64,000 bases of DNA from Paraphysomonas bandaiensis (GCA_965644295.1 CBFFRP010000297.1:186001-250000), one strand, 5' to 3'. Numbered from the stretch's first letter, positions 25,188 through 38,360 are shown. Notes: generated by a model from the letters alone, not told the origin. Program-made: numbers and translations.

Positions 25188-28100
25188 TCATATCGAGTTT
25201 TCTGTCCTTTCTAGCATATGTCTAACAAAAGCTTGATAATTCGATAATGTTTTTTTCGAATTACCATCATTCTTATCTTTACCCGTGGTTGATGCCACCT
25301 TCGTTTTGCGTGATGACGATTGAAGGTGCGATATGGCTTCCTCCAGCGTACAGTTCGATGTCTTTAATGCACTAGATACAGTCGTTAAGCCAACAACAGC
25401 TACAATCTAATGAAATATCTCACCGCTTTTTCCGGCCACACATTACGTAATATCCGTATGGGCCACATTTCACATATACCGGATTTCCTTTCCACTCCCC
25501 TAACATGCGACCGCCAGATTCTTGGAGACTTTCCTTCGACAAATATTCCATTGCAATTTCCGAAGTCACTTCTGAAGGCAGAATAAAGCCAGGTAGTGCA
25601 ACAGCGCGGTAACCCTCAGCTTGCACCGCGAGCGCGCCACGCGTGACACAGAGTGAAACAGGAACATTAAGTGATGGATGGGTAAATAAAACTCTTGGAA
25701 GTCCAATAAAGTCCAACACAGTGCGAAGTGGTGTCGCTTCATTTACCCATGCCGGCAATGACCCTGTTCTTCTTGACGGATCATCTTGGTTTCCTACCGT
25801 TACGAACTTTCCAAACCTGCCATTACGTATCACTATGGGCTGGCCTGTCTCTAGGCAGATTCTACGTTTGTCTCCAGAAAAAGATATTCCATTTTCTATA
25901 ATATTCCGGATAGACTCGACATTTACTTCTCGGATGTCATTTTCCATAGACCGAGGAAGTTTCCACCTCTTGGGCATGTTGTTCTCATCCATAACTGTGT
26001 TACTCTCGAATTCTAACCCTCTCTTTCCGTAGTACACTTTACCAATGCTCTTGATATCTGGTATATCGATAACATGTACATCCGAAAGGTCCTGTTCATC
26101 AAAGACAAGTGCTGCTGCAACACGCGACTTGAGGCCTAAGTTCTTCTCGCTCTCGCTTTCGTCTCCAAGAAAAAATGATGACAGGAACCGTAACTTATCT
26201 GCTTCACCCCCTTTGGAAATATTATCTAAAGCTGATTCCATCGAGGATGTGAACTCTGGTGCTACCAAATCTGGAAATAACTTAGAAATGAGAGCCGACG
26301 TAGCTATACCCCGCGCTGTAGGTAGTAAGACCCGCCCATCCATGGTCACATATCCGCGAGTCTTCAATGTGTCGAATATAGTAGCGTAGGTCGAGGGTCG
26401 TCCTATTCCAGCGAGTTCCAACTCACGAATGAAGCTAGATACGGTGTATCTCCTGGGAGGATTCGTCTCATGCTTCACGCCTCTTGCTCCGGAATGAGAA
26501 AGGACTTCCACTCCAGGGGAATCATCACACTCAGTATCAGAATCAGGTTCAACTGTACCGACAACAGCTGAGCTATCATTCACTGCGGTGGTATCATCCT
26601 GACTTGATGTTGCACAAAGCGTCAGATTTGTACCTATCTCTACATTATTAGTGACACTGGTCATCGGCTCCGAAGATTTATCAGGATAATCTACACCCAA
26701 GTCACTGACAGCAAGATAACCTCTAAACACGATTTCAGTCGAAGAAGCTTTCAACTCGACGTCGTAAATGCTGTCGTCTCCTAAAGAAAGAGGCTCATCG
26801 GATGTTGCTTTAACAGTCACAGTAGTTGTAATAGATTTACTCGGCGGCATCAGTGAAGCTATGGTTCTCTTGAGGATGAGCTCGTACATAGCCTTTTCTA
26901 ATCCTTTTAATTCTGTCTCATCAGGGAGAAGATGCGAGCCATTTATATCGCTTGGACATGCTGGGCGGATAGCCTCATGAGCCTCCTGCGAGTTTTTGGG
27001 TGTTCCTTTAGTACCAATCGCATCCACGTCAGATAACACAAATTCACTGCTAAAGTTGCGATTAATGGTATTTACAGCTGCTGACTTCGCCGGAGCACTC
27101 AAAACTGGTGAATCAGTGCGCATATACGTGATGTACCCTTCTTCATAAAGCTTACGTGCAATAAGCATTGTATGAGAAGGAGAAAGCCCAGTCTCATGAG
27201 CCTCCTGCGAGTTTTTGGGTGTTCCTTTAGTACCAATAGTATCCACGTCTGATAACACAAATTCACTGCTAAAGTTGCGATTAATGGTATTCACAGCTGC
27301 TGACTTCGCCGGAGCACTCAAAACTGGTGAATCAGTGCGCATATACGTGATGTACCCTTCTTCATAAAGCTTATGTGCAATACGCATTGTATGAGAAGGA
27401 GAAAGCCCAAGGCGTCGACTTCCCTCCTGCTGCAATGTAGACGTAATGAAGGCTGGTGGGGGGGAGCGATAGATAGTACTTCTGGTGATATTCGATACCC
27501 GGAATGACACATGTTGGCTGCACAGCCACTGAAGAGAACGTTTCGTCTACACATAGGGCATAAGAGTATGCATAAGTTCAAAACTCTTACCTTTAATTCA
27601 TCAAGTACGATACTGTTAGCCGCAAGTGTAGTTGTTTTCAGATCTCCAGATTCACTGTCAAAGTCGGTGCTTCCTGCAATGCGGCGCCCACCAAGGGACA
27701 CAACTGTGGCTTGCATACATACATCGGAAGTCGTGGAGAAAGATGCTTCGATTGAGTAGAACGTAGACGGCACAAATTTCCATCGTTTCTGTTCACGCTG
27801 TTCGAATAACACGTAAATTTTGGTGCCATGTAATATGTTACCAATACCTCAATGATAAGTTTGAGTCCGCGACTCTGGACTCTGCCAGCACTAATCCCCC
27901 TACTCAGGTATCTACAAAAAGTGATAAACCTTCCGCATTATACACCATTATACATACCTCCAGAGTACTCGTGAGACTGTAAACCCCACAAGTTTGTCCA
28001 ACACTGCCCTCGCCTCTTGGGCGTGTACGAGAGACATATCTAGCTCCCGAGGATTCGAAAATGAATCAATGATTGCACTCTTCGTAATTTCACGGAATAC

Positions 28101-28625
28101 AGCACGCTTAACTGGGACATCTGGATTCAACAATTCCTGTAGATGCCACGAAATTGCTTCGCCTTCGCGATCTTCATCAGTCGCAAGAAGAATTTGTGTG
28201 CAATTTTTCGACAAATTCTGTAGTCTCTGTAGTACTCTTTCTTTTCCATCTGGAACCGCATATATCGGCTTAAAATTATTATCAACATCTATACCAATAG
28301 ATGCTACAGTTAAATTGAGCTCAGGAATAATAGCACTCGATTTATATTTGTCGTTATGTTTCAATAGTGAACTAGACGCTATGTCTCGTATATGTCCTGC
28401 ACAAGAAACCACTCTGTAGTTATATGGGACAAGTTTCTGAATAGATACTGCTTTAGTTGGAGACTCTACAATGACAAGTATTCGATCTGTAGTGTTATAT
28501 GATGCATTTATTGATGTATTGTTTCTATGTGTGGAGTATGATGCACTGGAGTGGATGTATATACTCCTATGACATATCCATGATCGTATAGGAGTGTAAC
28601 GGTACCTACTTATATGCAATGACAT
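25188..28625 (-). CDS. topA: Bacterial-type DNA topoisomerase IA, copy 1 (5 exons; 73-aa internal duplication; frameshifted C-terminus; possibly pseudogenising)
   Basis: IVESPTKA, GHIRD, ATDEDREGEAI, SAGRVQS, GYITYMRTDS (twice), QEAHEAIRP, GIGRPSTYA; a 2-bp insertion in the last exon gives a stop at 25188. Confidence 0.85.
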
Positions 28626-29145
28626 CCTGTGTGAATATAAGGAAGTGTGATAGAGGGTTTAAGTATATAACATGCTGGTTTATAGTATGCTATGGATGGC
28701 TTTATATTATGGACGTGAATGAAGCTCATGTGGAGTTTTCACATCTATGTACACGCGCCTATAGCTGGTAGGACGTCGGGTCCCCACTAATGCCTGTTTT
28801 AAATCACAGTGTCAGTCACAGAGTGGCGATGACGTTAGAGCAAATACATCTTCAGATGTAGTATGGTTTTTTGTGAGATCCACTATAATGATCCAGCTTG
28901 ATTCATACTTTGGATCTCGAGTTCTTCATCATGTCATGTTCTGAATACTAAATTCTGAAAAATCAGTCGTCAAAAATGGCTTTTTTGGTGGATTATTAAG
29001 CAAAACTGAATTCTGAACACTAAATATAGGGATAAAATTCAGGAGTGTTCAGTATATACTGTATCACTGAATAAAAATCGAGTGACGATCCTTTTTTTTA
29101 GGATCCTATCAAAAAATAGTGCTGGATATGAATCCGAGGCCTAAA

Positions 29146-29285
29146 CAGTCAGCATGATATTTTTCGGAAGTGTATTGAAGCAAATATAGTCTATATTACT
29201 GCAGTACCAATACGGCTGGTATACAGATAATTGTTGTCTCAATATTAGAGGCATCTTGGAACAAAAATATACAAAGGAAGCCGAT
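29146..29285 (-). repeat. Dispersed repeat, copy 3 (140 bp, inverted relative to copies 1 and 2)
   Basis: Reverse complement of 23552-23691 with scattered mismatches. Confidence 0.9.
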
Positions 29286-29936
29286 GCACAATGTAGCCCG
29301 AGATTTAAGACTCTTATGCTGTTCACATGACTGTGTGTATCACATAGAACACGCACAGCCTGTCTGTTTGTAACATGTAGCTCTATAGATACTGTGCACT
29401 CATAATTGTGTATGAATTTTGTATAATAATATCATTACGTACCTATCAATCCAAAGCAAGGCGCCTACCTCAATTCTAGAGGTTGACGCCTATACAATCA
29501 TATTGGCAGCAATTCCGACATTTCAGATAGTGATGATGGTGTTAGTGATGGTAACTGAATATATATGTCCCTATATTTGACAAAATGGCCAACGAAGCGT
29601 ATGTTGGAATGCACTTTAAGAGCTGGAAAGGGTCTATCCACTGACCAGTGTTTAGAGGATGCTGGTTGGTGACTTAGGATCACAAGTAGCTGAGACATTC
29701 ACATCAATCCATCCCAGCGCTGATGGTAGTTAACTTCCTCGCTACATGGTATTCGTTTTGAAGACATAGCTCTCGATTAGCAGGACGAGGTACCGTGGTA
29801 ATTCTACTGTGCTGAGGCTAGAGGTAATATTGAGATATTGAGAGTGGCGATAGCATTCGCCACAACTATGACTTCTGATCATAAGGACCAGTTGATCAAT
29901 GATCAATTCAGTAGCTAGTTTTTGCGAAAGTAGATA

Positions 29937-31277
29937 GAAGTGAATGTCTGATTATTAGCAGTAGGCGTGTACGAGTCAGGACTAATGTAGCCACACAATA
30001 TAACTAACTAGTTCTTAACTCTGATATCCTACTATTTGGCTATTTGGCGCTACGAAAGCTGCTTGTGCGTCACCGCAAACGCCAAGGTGCAATACTGAAA
30101 GTCTTAGTATTAGCAATAGGCGTTAAAAACCTGCACCAACTTAGTAGCTAGATGAATGCTAGACAAACTAGTTAGACCTCTACTTGTAACTACTCGGTAC
30201 ACATTTTTTTATCCTACTATTTATCGCTACGGAAGCTGCTTGTGCGTCGCCGCAAGCACCAAGGTGCGACCACTTCCGTTCTGAGTTCTTAAGGTGAACA
30301 TCCCGGATGCTGGACTACAGCAGCAGCCCAATACCCCGGTTACCCTTCAGGTAGGCCCTGTCCCGGATGCCCTTGACGTAGGCTCATTCCCGGATGCCTG
30401 TTTATTCGTCAGGGCCCAAAGACGTCTACACAAGTGACACTTATTGGTGTCCCTTGTACCACACAAACATTCGGCTATGAGTGGGCAGAAGAATATCTGC
30501 TGACTATGTTTGCGGCTCACGTTAGTTTCCCAGAGAGAGTCTCTCCGGTACTCATCCCCCAGAACACCACGAAAAGGTGCGAGGCCGACTTTGTTGAGGG
30601 ACCAATGTGCAACCACTTTCACTCTCTCTGTCCTTAAGGTGAGCTGCCCGGATGCTTGACTTCAGTAGGCAGCCCAATACCACAGTTACTCTTGAGGTGG
30701 GCCCATTTCCGGATGCCTGTTCAATAGTCAAGTCCCAAAGACTTCTATACAAGAAGTGACACTTATATTGTCTCTTGTACTACACAAGGTGACGGTCATC
30801 TTACTATTTCTAAGCTTAAATCTGCATTGAAAGTGGTTTCACGTTGGTGCTTGAAATAAGATTTAAAGCTAGTCTTGGTATTTAGTAAGGATACACTTGG
30901 TATTATTAGAGATAAAGATAGTATGATAAGGCCTAATAGTACAATAGCAAGACACGTTTGAGTTGAGCGTTAGCACCACAGGTATGTGCATATCTTGTAC
31001 AGTCGCGTATCATATATAGTTTGGTAATTATTCAGTCCATTTGATATTTCATTTTATACATGTATGTGTTGTATTTACGCGTTAAGGGATATACGTAAAT
31101 CAATGAATCTTAATAGCTTGCGGTGACGCACAAGCAGCATTCGTGAATTCGTAGCGCCAAATGCCAAATAGTAAGATATCAGAGTTAAGCACATACATGT
31201 TAGTTAATTTTTTTTGCTACGTTAGTTCTGACGTTCTGACTCTTACACGCCTATTGCTAATAATCAGACATTCACTA
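29937..31277. mobile_element. Foldback-like arrangement of the dispersed repeat family, about 140-160-bp imperfect inverted arms
   Basis: GTGAATGTCTGATTATTAGCA...GCTGCTTGTGCGTCACCGCAA (about 29940-30078) is mirrored at about 31118-31277; internal CCCGGATGC repeats. Confidence 0.65.
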
Positions 31278-31610
31278 CTACTACTATGTTTCTGAGAACA
31301 GATATTCACCAGATGTGATATGAATAGTGTTGACACTATGAATTACTGGAAAAAGCGTTATGTGATTGTGTGCAACAAGTAAGGTTAAGGTTTACGTGTA
31401 GAGCTAGGTTAACTTCAGTGTAATGTCCAATTCTGTCAAAATATATTGTCCCTAGCCCGAACAAATATATTTTTACGTACCCCAGTACGACGACTTTTAA
31501 AAAAGACGTAATTATTATCGTCTCACCAGTACAGCATATTCTCTACTATTTATTGTCTCGTGTAATTCAAAAAATCACATGTAGATTTCTATATAACGAA
31601 AAACGGTAAA

Positions 31611-34600
31611 CTATTCCCCATCATCTTTAAAGGCCTCTTTTTCTTTGTCGCTAAGCAAACGCCATTCGGCTGCAGCACTCTTCATATCGAGTTTTCTATC
31701 CTTTCTAGCATGTCGAACAAAAACTTGATAATTCGTTAATTTTTTTTTCGAATTACCATCATTCTTATCTTTACCCGTGGTTGATGCCACCTTCGTTTTG
31801 CGTGATGACGATTGAAGGTGCGATATGGCTTCCTCCAGCGTACAGTTCGATGTCTTTAATGCACTAGATACAGTCGTTAAGCCAACAACAGCTACAATCT
31901 AATGAAATATCTCACCGCTTTTTCCGGCCACACATTACGTAATATCCGTATGGGCCACACTTCACATATACCGGATTTCCTTTCCACTCCCCTAACGTGC
32001 GACCGCCAGATTCTTGGAGACTTTCCTTCGACAAATATTCCATTGCAATCTCCGAAGTCACTTCTGAAGGCAGAATAAAGCCGGGTAGTGCAACAGCGCG
32101 GTAACCCTCAGCTTGAACCGCGAGCGAGCCACGCGTGACACAGAGTGAAACAGGAACATTAAGTGATGGATGGGTAAATAAAACTCTTGGAAGCCCAATA
32201 AAGTCCAACACAGTGCGAAGTGGTGTCGCTTCATTTACCCATGCCGGCAATGACCCTGTTCTTCTTGACGGATCATCTTGGTTTCCTACCGTTACGAACT
32301 TTCCAAACCTGCCATTACGTATCACTATGGGCTGGCCTGTCTCTAGGCAGTTTCCACGATTGTCTCCAGAAACAGGTATTCCATTTTCTATAATATTCTG
32401 GATAGACTCGACATTTACTTCTCGGATGTCATTTTCCATAGACTGAGGAAGTTTCCACCTCTTGGGCATGTTGTTCTCATCCATAACTGTGTTACTCTCG
32501 AATTCTAACCCTCTCTTTCCGTAGTACACTTTACCAATGCTCTTGATATCTGGTATATCGATAACATGTACATCCGAAAGGTCCTGTTCATCAAAGACAA
32601 GTGCTGCTGCAACACGCGACTTGAGGCCTAAGTTATTCTCGCTCTCGCTTTCGTCTCCAAGAAAAAATGATGACAGGAACCGTAACTTATCTGCTTCACC
32701 CCCTTTGGAAATATTATCTAAAGCTGATTCCATCGAGGATGTGAACTCTGGTGCTACCAAATCTGGAAATAACTTAGAAATGAGAGCCGACGTAGCTATA
32801 CCCCGCGCTGTAGGTAGTAAGACCCGCCCATCCATAGTCACATATCCGCGAGTCTTCAATGTGTCGAATATAGTAGCGTAGGTCGAGGGTCGTCCTATTC
32901 CAGCGAGTTCCAACTCACGAATGAAGCTAGATGCGGTGTATCTCCTGGGAGGATTCGTCTCATGCTTCACGCCTCTTGCTCCGGAATGAGAAAGGACTTC
33001 CACTCCAGGGGAATCATCACACTCAGTATCAGAATCAGGTTCAACTGTACCGACAACAGCTGAGCTATCATTCACTGCGGTGGTATCATCCCGACTTGAT
33101 GTTGCGCAAAGCGTCAGATTTGTACCTATCTCTACATTGTTAGTGACACTGGTCATCGGCTCCGAAGATTTATCAGGATAATCTACACCCAAGTCACTGA
33201 CAGCAAGATAACCTCTAAACACGATTTCAGTCGAAGAAGCTTTCAACTCGACGTCGTAAACGCTGTCGTCTCCTAAAGAAAGAGGCTCATCAGATGTTGC
33301 TTTAACAGTCACAGTAGTTGTAATAGATTTACTCGGCGGCATCAGTGAAGCTATGGTTCTCTTGAGGATGAGCTCGTACATAGCCTTTTCTAATCCTTCT
33401 AATTCTGTCTCATCAGGGAGAAGATACGAACCATCTATATCGCTGGGACATGCTGGGCGGATAGCCTCATGAGCCTCCTGCGAGTTTTTGGGTGTTCCTT
33501 TAGTACCAATAGCATCCACGTCTGATGACACAAATTCACTGCTAAAGTTGCGATTAATGGTATTCACAGCTGCTGACTTCGCCGGAGCACTCAAAACTGG
33601 TGAATCAGTGCGCATATACGTGATGTACCCTTTTTCATAAAGCTTCTGTGCAATAAGCATAGTATGAGAAGGAGAAAGCCCAAGGCGTCGACTTCCCTCC
33701 TGCTGCAAAGTAGACGTAATGAAGGCTGGTGGGGGAGAGCGAGAGATAGTACTTCTGGTGATATTCGATACCCGGAATGACGCATGTTGGCTGCACAGCC
33801 ACTGAAGAGAACGTTTCGTCTACACATAGGGCATAAGAGTATGCATAAGTTCAAAACTCTTACCTTTAATTCATCAAGTACGATACTGTTAGCCGCAAGT
33901 GTAGTTGTTTTCAGATCTCCAGATTCACTGTCAAAGTCGGTGCTTCCTGCAATGCGGCGCCCACCAAGGGACACAACTGTGGCTTGCATACATACATCGG
34001 AAGTCGTGGAGAAAGATGCTTCGATTGAGTAGAACGTAGACGGCACAAATTTCCATCGTTTCTGTTCACGCTATTCGAATAACACGTAAATTTTGGTGCC
34101 ATGTAATATGTTACCAATACCTCAACGATAAGTTTGAGTCCGCAACTCTGGACTCTACCAGCACTAAGCCCCCTATTCAGGTATCTACAAAAAGTGATAA
34201 ACCTTCCGCATTATACACCATTATACATACCTCCAGAGTACTGGTGAGACTGTAAACCCCACAAGTTTGTCCAACACTGCCCTCGCCTCTTGGGCGTGTA
34301 CGAGAGACATATCGAGCTCCCGAGGATTCGAAAAAGAATCAATGATTGCGCTCTTCGTGATTTCACGGAATACAGCACGCTTAACTGGGACATCTGGATT
34401 CAACAATTCTTGTAGATGCCACGAAATTGCTTCGCCTTCGCGATCTTCATCAGTCGCAAGAAGAATTTGTGTGCAATTTTTCGACAAATTCTGTAGTCTC
34501 TGTAGCACTCTTTCTTTTCCATCTGGAACCGCATATATCGGCTTAAAATTATTATCAACATCTATACCAATAGATGCTACAGTTAAATTGAGCTCAGGAA

Positions 34601-34898
34601 TAATAGCACTCGATTTATATTTGTCGTTATGTTTCAATAGTGAACTAGACGCTATGCCTCGTATATGTCCTGTACAAGAATCCACTGTGTAGTTATCTGG
34701 GACAAGTTTCTGAATAGATACTGCTTTAGTTGGAGACTCTACAATGACAAGTATTCGATCTGTAGTGTTATATGATGCATTTATTGATGTATTGTTTCTA
34801 TGTGTGGAGTATGATGCACTGGAGTGGATGTATATACTCCTATGACATATCCATGATCGTATAGGAGTGTAACGGTACCTACTTATATGCAATGACAT
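31611..34898 (-). CDS. topA: Bacterial-type DNA topoisomerase IA, copy 2 (5 exons, organellar-type N-terminal extension, C-terminal HMG-box-like domain)
   Basis: TOPRIM (IVESPTKA, DEDREGE), SAGRVQS, catalytic GYITYMRTDS, C-terminal GRFG/GPYG repeats; last exon KKKLTNYQVFVR...MKSAAAEWRLLSDKEKEAFKDDGE*. Confidence 0.92.
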
Positions 34899-35219
34899 TC
34901 TGTGTGAATATAAGGAAGTGTGATAGAGGGTTTAAGTATATAACATGCTGGTTTATAGTATGCTATGGATGGCTTTATATTATGGACGTGAATGAAGCTC
35001 ATGTGGACTTTTCTGTAAAATGTGGAAGGTACCGTACTCAAGCCCGCACCATAATGGTGTGGAACTATATAAGTGGTGATGATGAGTGACCAGTGGTATG
35101 TATGGTGTTGCTGGTGAGTAATAGATCCAGGGAGGTGGGTGTTGAAGGAGGAGCTCTCTCATCACAGCATGGTATCATACATACAGAACATAATAACAGC
35201 GAGAACATATCATAGTAGC

Positions 35220-37464
35220 ATGGAATCAACTACCACGGAATCAACTACCACGGAATCAACTACCACGGAATCAACTACCACGGAATCAACTACCACAGGG
35301 GGCATTAGAAAAGTCGGTGATGGGGAAACCAAAAATCGTAACTCCTCTGCGTTAGCTCAGTTTGCGAAGTACTTGGAGATGCGGTTCGACGGGAAGAAGA
35401 GGTATAAGGAACTCATAGACAGTGATATAAATGTAGAACTATTTCAATGTTTCGGTGGCTTTTTGATCGATCACGCCGTCCATGGAACAACGAAGAAGCC
35501 TTTGACCCTAGGTACTGCTTGGCAGTATTTGTCAGACACGAAGACTGCGCTGACGAAGCGATTTAAAAGAAATGAGTTATTAAGCAGCTCCAATGAGCTG
35601 TGGTACAAAGATGTGAGAGCGGCAGTATCAAAGCATATTATCAAGCGGTGTATCGCACAAGGAGTGCGTATATCAGAGAAAACAAGTCCAGTGGGGAAAG
35701 AACTAATGAAGCGCATAGGTGAATACATTATACATCGGGCATCTGATTTCTCCGGTAAGTGGACATACTTCACATATCTATGATTTACTGTATGCTAATA
35801 AACTTTATTTAGAAGTGAAGAAGTATTCATTGTACAATCTCTATTTGGTTTTCACGTTTGCTGCTGTTGGTCGGGTGTCTGAAGCAATGTTTGCTTCGTA
35901 TAATAATGCAATGTGGCACTGCGATGGATACTTAACGTTTGATTGGACAGAATTGAAGGTGGCTTCTATCAAAACAATGAACTTTTTTCCCGACTACTCT
36001 TGTCTAGAGACTTGTGTTTTCTTCGCTTATTCAATGTACTGGATGTCCTGTACTGCAGCAGATCTCAACGGTGACTTCGTCTTTCCAGATCTAGCATTGA
36101 CTACATCAAGCGCTAGTCAATTTGTTTCTAAGCTACTAAAACAAATGATCGGGAAGGTACCTGGAGTTACAAAGGAAACAACAGGCAAGGGTCTTAGAGT
36201 CGGGGCTGCAACTGACATAGCCAGTAGTCAGTCAGGCGGCATCTTCCATGCGATTATGCGTGGAGGATGGGACTTCTCCGGAGAGTGCAGCATTTTTGAG
36301 TATATCATGGGACTAGATGTCACTATTGCTGTGGGTGGAAAAATTTTAAGTGGCTACTCTAATCCCAGGAATAAGATATATCCACCCGAGTGTGTATTTA
36401 TCAACAATGGAAACCGAGAACAAGTGATGGCGTTAATCGAAACATGTTATCCACTCACTTACCCAGAATTTGGGGTTGATGGCTGTCTATTTCAATTTAA
36501 ACTCTCTGTGTTTGCTACATTCCTTATGAGGTTACCATCATTTGTTTCTAAATACACGGCACAACATGCAGTGGTTTGTAAATTCAAGCACAACATGATG
36601 CGCCACCATTTCACTTGGAATGACATAATGCAATGGAGTGCTGCGATTGAGGAGGAATGGCTTCGCCTTAATTTTGTAGACACAAGAAATGTAGACGAAA
36701 TTTACCAGGAGAATCGCATTCTTCGAGACCAAATACAACAGCTTCATAGAAAGTGTGACACCCAAACTATTGCAATAGCTGATCTGCACAAGAAATTAGA
36801 CACTGCTGTGGCTGATATTCTAGAAGGCTTGAAAAATATTCCAACGGATACCACTATACCAACTTCAGAGACTGTATCACGGATACCTACATCGCCTACA
36901 GTCTTGCCTCCGATTACTGAAGGACCTTCCAAAGGTCCATCCACTACTACGACAAATGTTTTTCAATACATGAGAGTTAACATGCAGCGCATGCCCCATA
37001 TATCCTTCATTCAATATAAAACTCTCGAAAAATTATGCTTATCAACAGTTATTATTGACTATTTTGATTATGAATTACATGAAATTGTAGGAAAGAGATA
37101 CCCTATGGTAGACAACGTCAACAAACAGAAAAAACTAAATCGAGTATTGACTAAAGGACTCGGCCTATTGTACGATGACGAGAAACGTTTTCTTGATGAG
37201 CCGAAACCCTGTATGGCAAGTCAGTCTACTTCGTACAGAGAATGGAAGAGTAATTTAAAATGCATAGCTGAAAAGGTTGAATTGCGTGTTATTGTTGATT
37301 TATTTGGTCAGGAAAATTACGACAAGTTTCACCCCAAAAAAAAAGCCTCTAAGAAATACATAAACAGTATATATGATGCAATGAGTGCACGAAGGGACAG
37401 TGATGGTAACATTATTCCAAGGACAAAGAAAAGGAAACTTCAGTCTGATGTTAGTAATCTGTAG
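35220..37464 (+). CDS. Tyrosine recombinase, 2 exons (intron 35755-35812), 728 aa from ATG 35220
   Basis: Splicing keeps frame; motifs GRVSE, KGLRVGAAT, MRGGW, SIFEY; N-terminal helical region; coiled coil after the catalytic domain. Confidence 0.88.
35222..35296 (+). repeat. 15-bp perfect tandem repeat x5 (ESTTT) at the recombinase N-terminus
   Basis: GGAATCAACTACCAC repeated five times. Confidence 0.97.
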
Positions 37465-37990
37465 AATGCCAATATATGTATTCATTTATAACCACTCCAT
37501 CAACTTTTTATAATGTACCCTTATAATTAATGATTCATTAGTAATTGGAATACATCGTATCATTATTTACAGAGCATACAACAGTATAATCAACCATTAC
37601 AGCGTTCAGCATTTTATTATTCGACACAGTCTGATGTTAGTAATCTGTAGAATGCCTATATGTATTCATTTATAACCACTCCATCAACTTTTTATAATGT
37701 ACCCTTATAATTAATGATTCATTAGTAATTGGAATACATCGTATCATTATTTACAGAGCATACAACAGTATAATCAACCATTACAGCGTGCAGCATTTTA
37801 TTATTCGACACAGTCTGATGTTAGTAATCTGTAGAATGCCTATATGTATTCATTTATAACCACTCCATCAACTTTTTATACTGTACCCTTATAATTAATG
37901 ATTCATTAGTAATTGGAATACATCGTATCATTATTTACAGAGCATACAACAGTATAATCAACCATCACAGCGTTCAGCATTTTATTATTC
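37441..37990. repeat. Tandem repeat, 184-186-bp unit x3, beginning in the last codons of the recombinase
   Basis: CAGTCTGATGTTAGTAATCTGTAG at 37441, 37627 and 37811. Confidence 0.95.
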
Positions 37991-38360
37991 CACACCGTTC
38001 AGAATTCTTATCACATACAGCCATACTGCATACCCTTACACAACATGACACATATTCACTGCAAGATGGAACAGGGGCAGCCGGGCGCTTGTGTCGCTTA
38101 GGCATCCCTCTTGCACCGGTAAGTATAAACGTCATTGCGCCTACAACAGCATAATAAACCATCACAGCCTTCAGCATTTTATTATTCCACACCGTTCAGA
38201 ATTCTTATCACATACAGCCATACTGCATACCCTTACACAACATGACACATATTCACTGCAAGATGGTACAGGGGCAGCCGGGCGCTTGTGTCGCTTAGGC
38301 ATCCCTCTTGCACCGGTAAGTATAAACGTCATTGCGCCTACAACAGCATAATAAACCATG
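37960..38360. repeat. Tandem repeat, 197-bp unit x2, inside the Crypton 3' region
   Basis: Near-identical blocks offset by 197 bp (37974 vs 38171). Confidence 0.95.

Noticed and set aside
25643-34692. Plus-strand ORFs overlapping the topA copies, and similar antisense ORFs over the channel, betB and sulfotransferase
   Set aside because: Shadow frames of real genes with no motifs of their own
35139-35783. ORFs 35139-35783 and 35719-37464 as two genes or a programmed frameshift
   Set aside because: A canonical GTAAGT...TAG intron (35755-35812) joins them in frame
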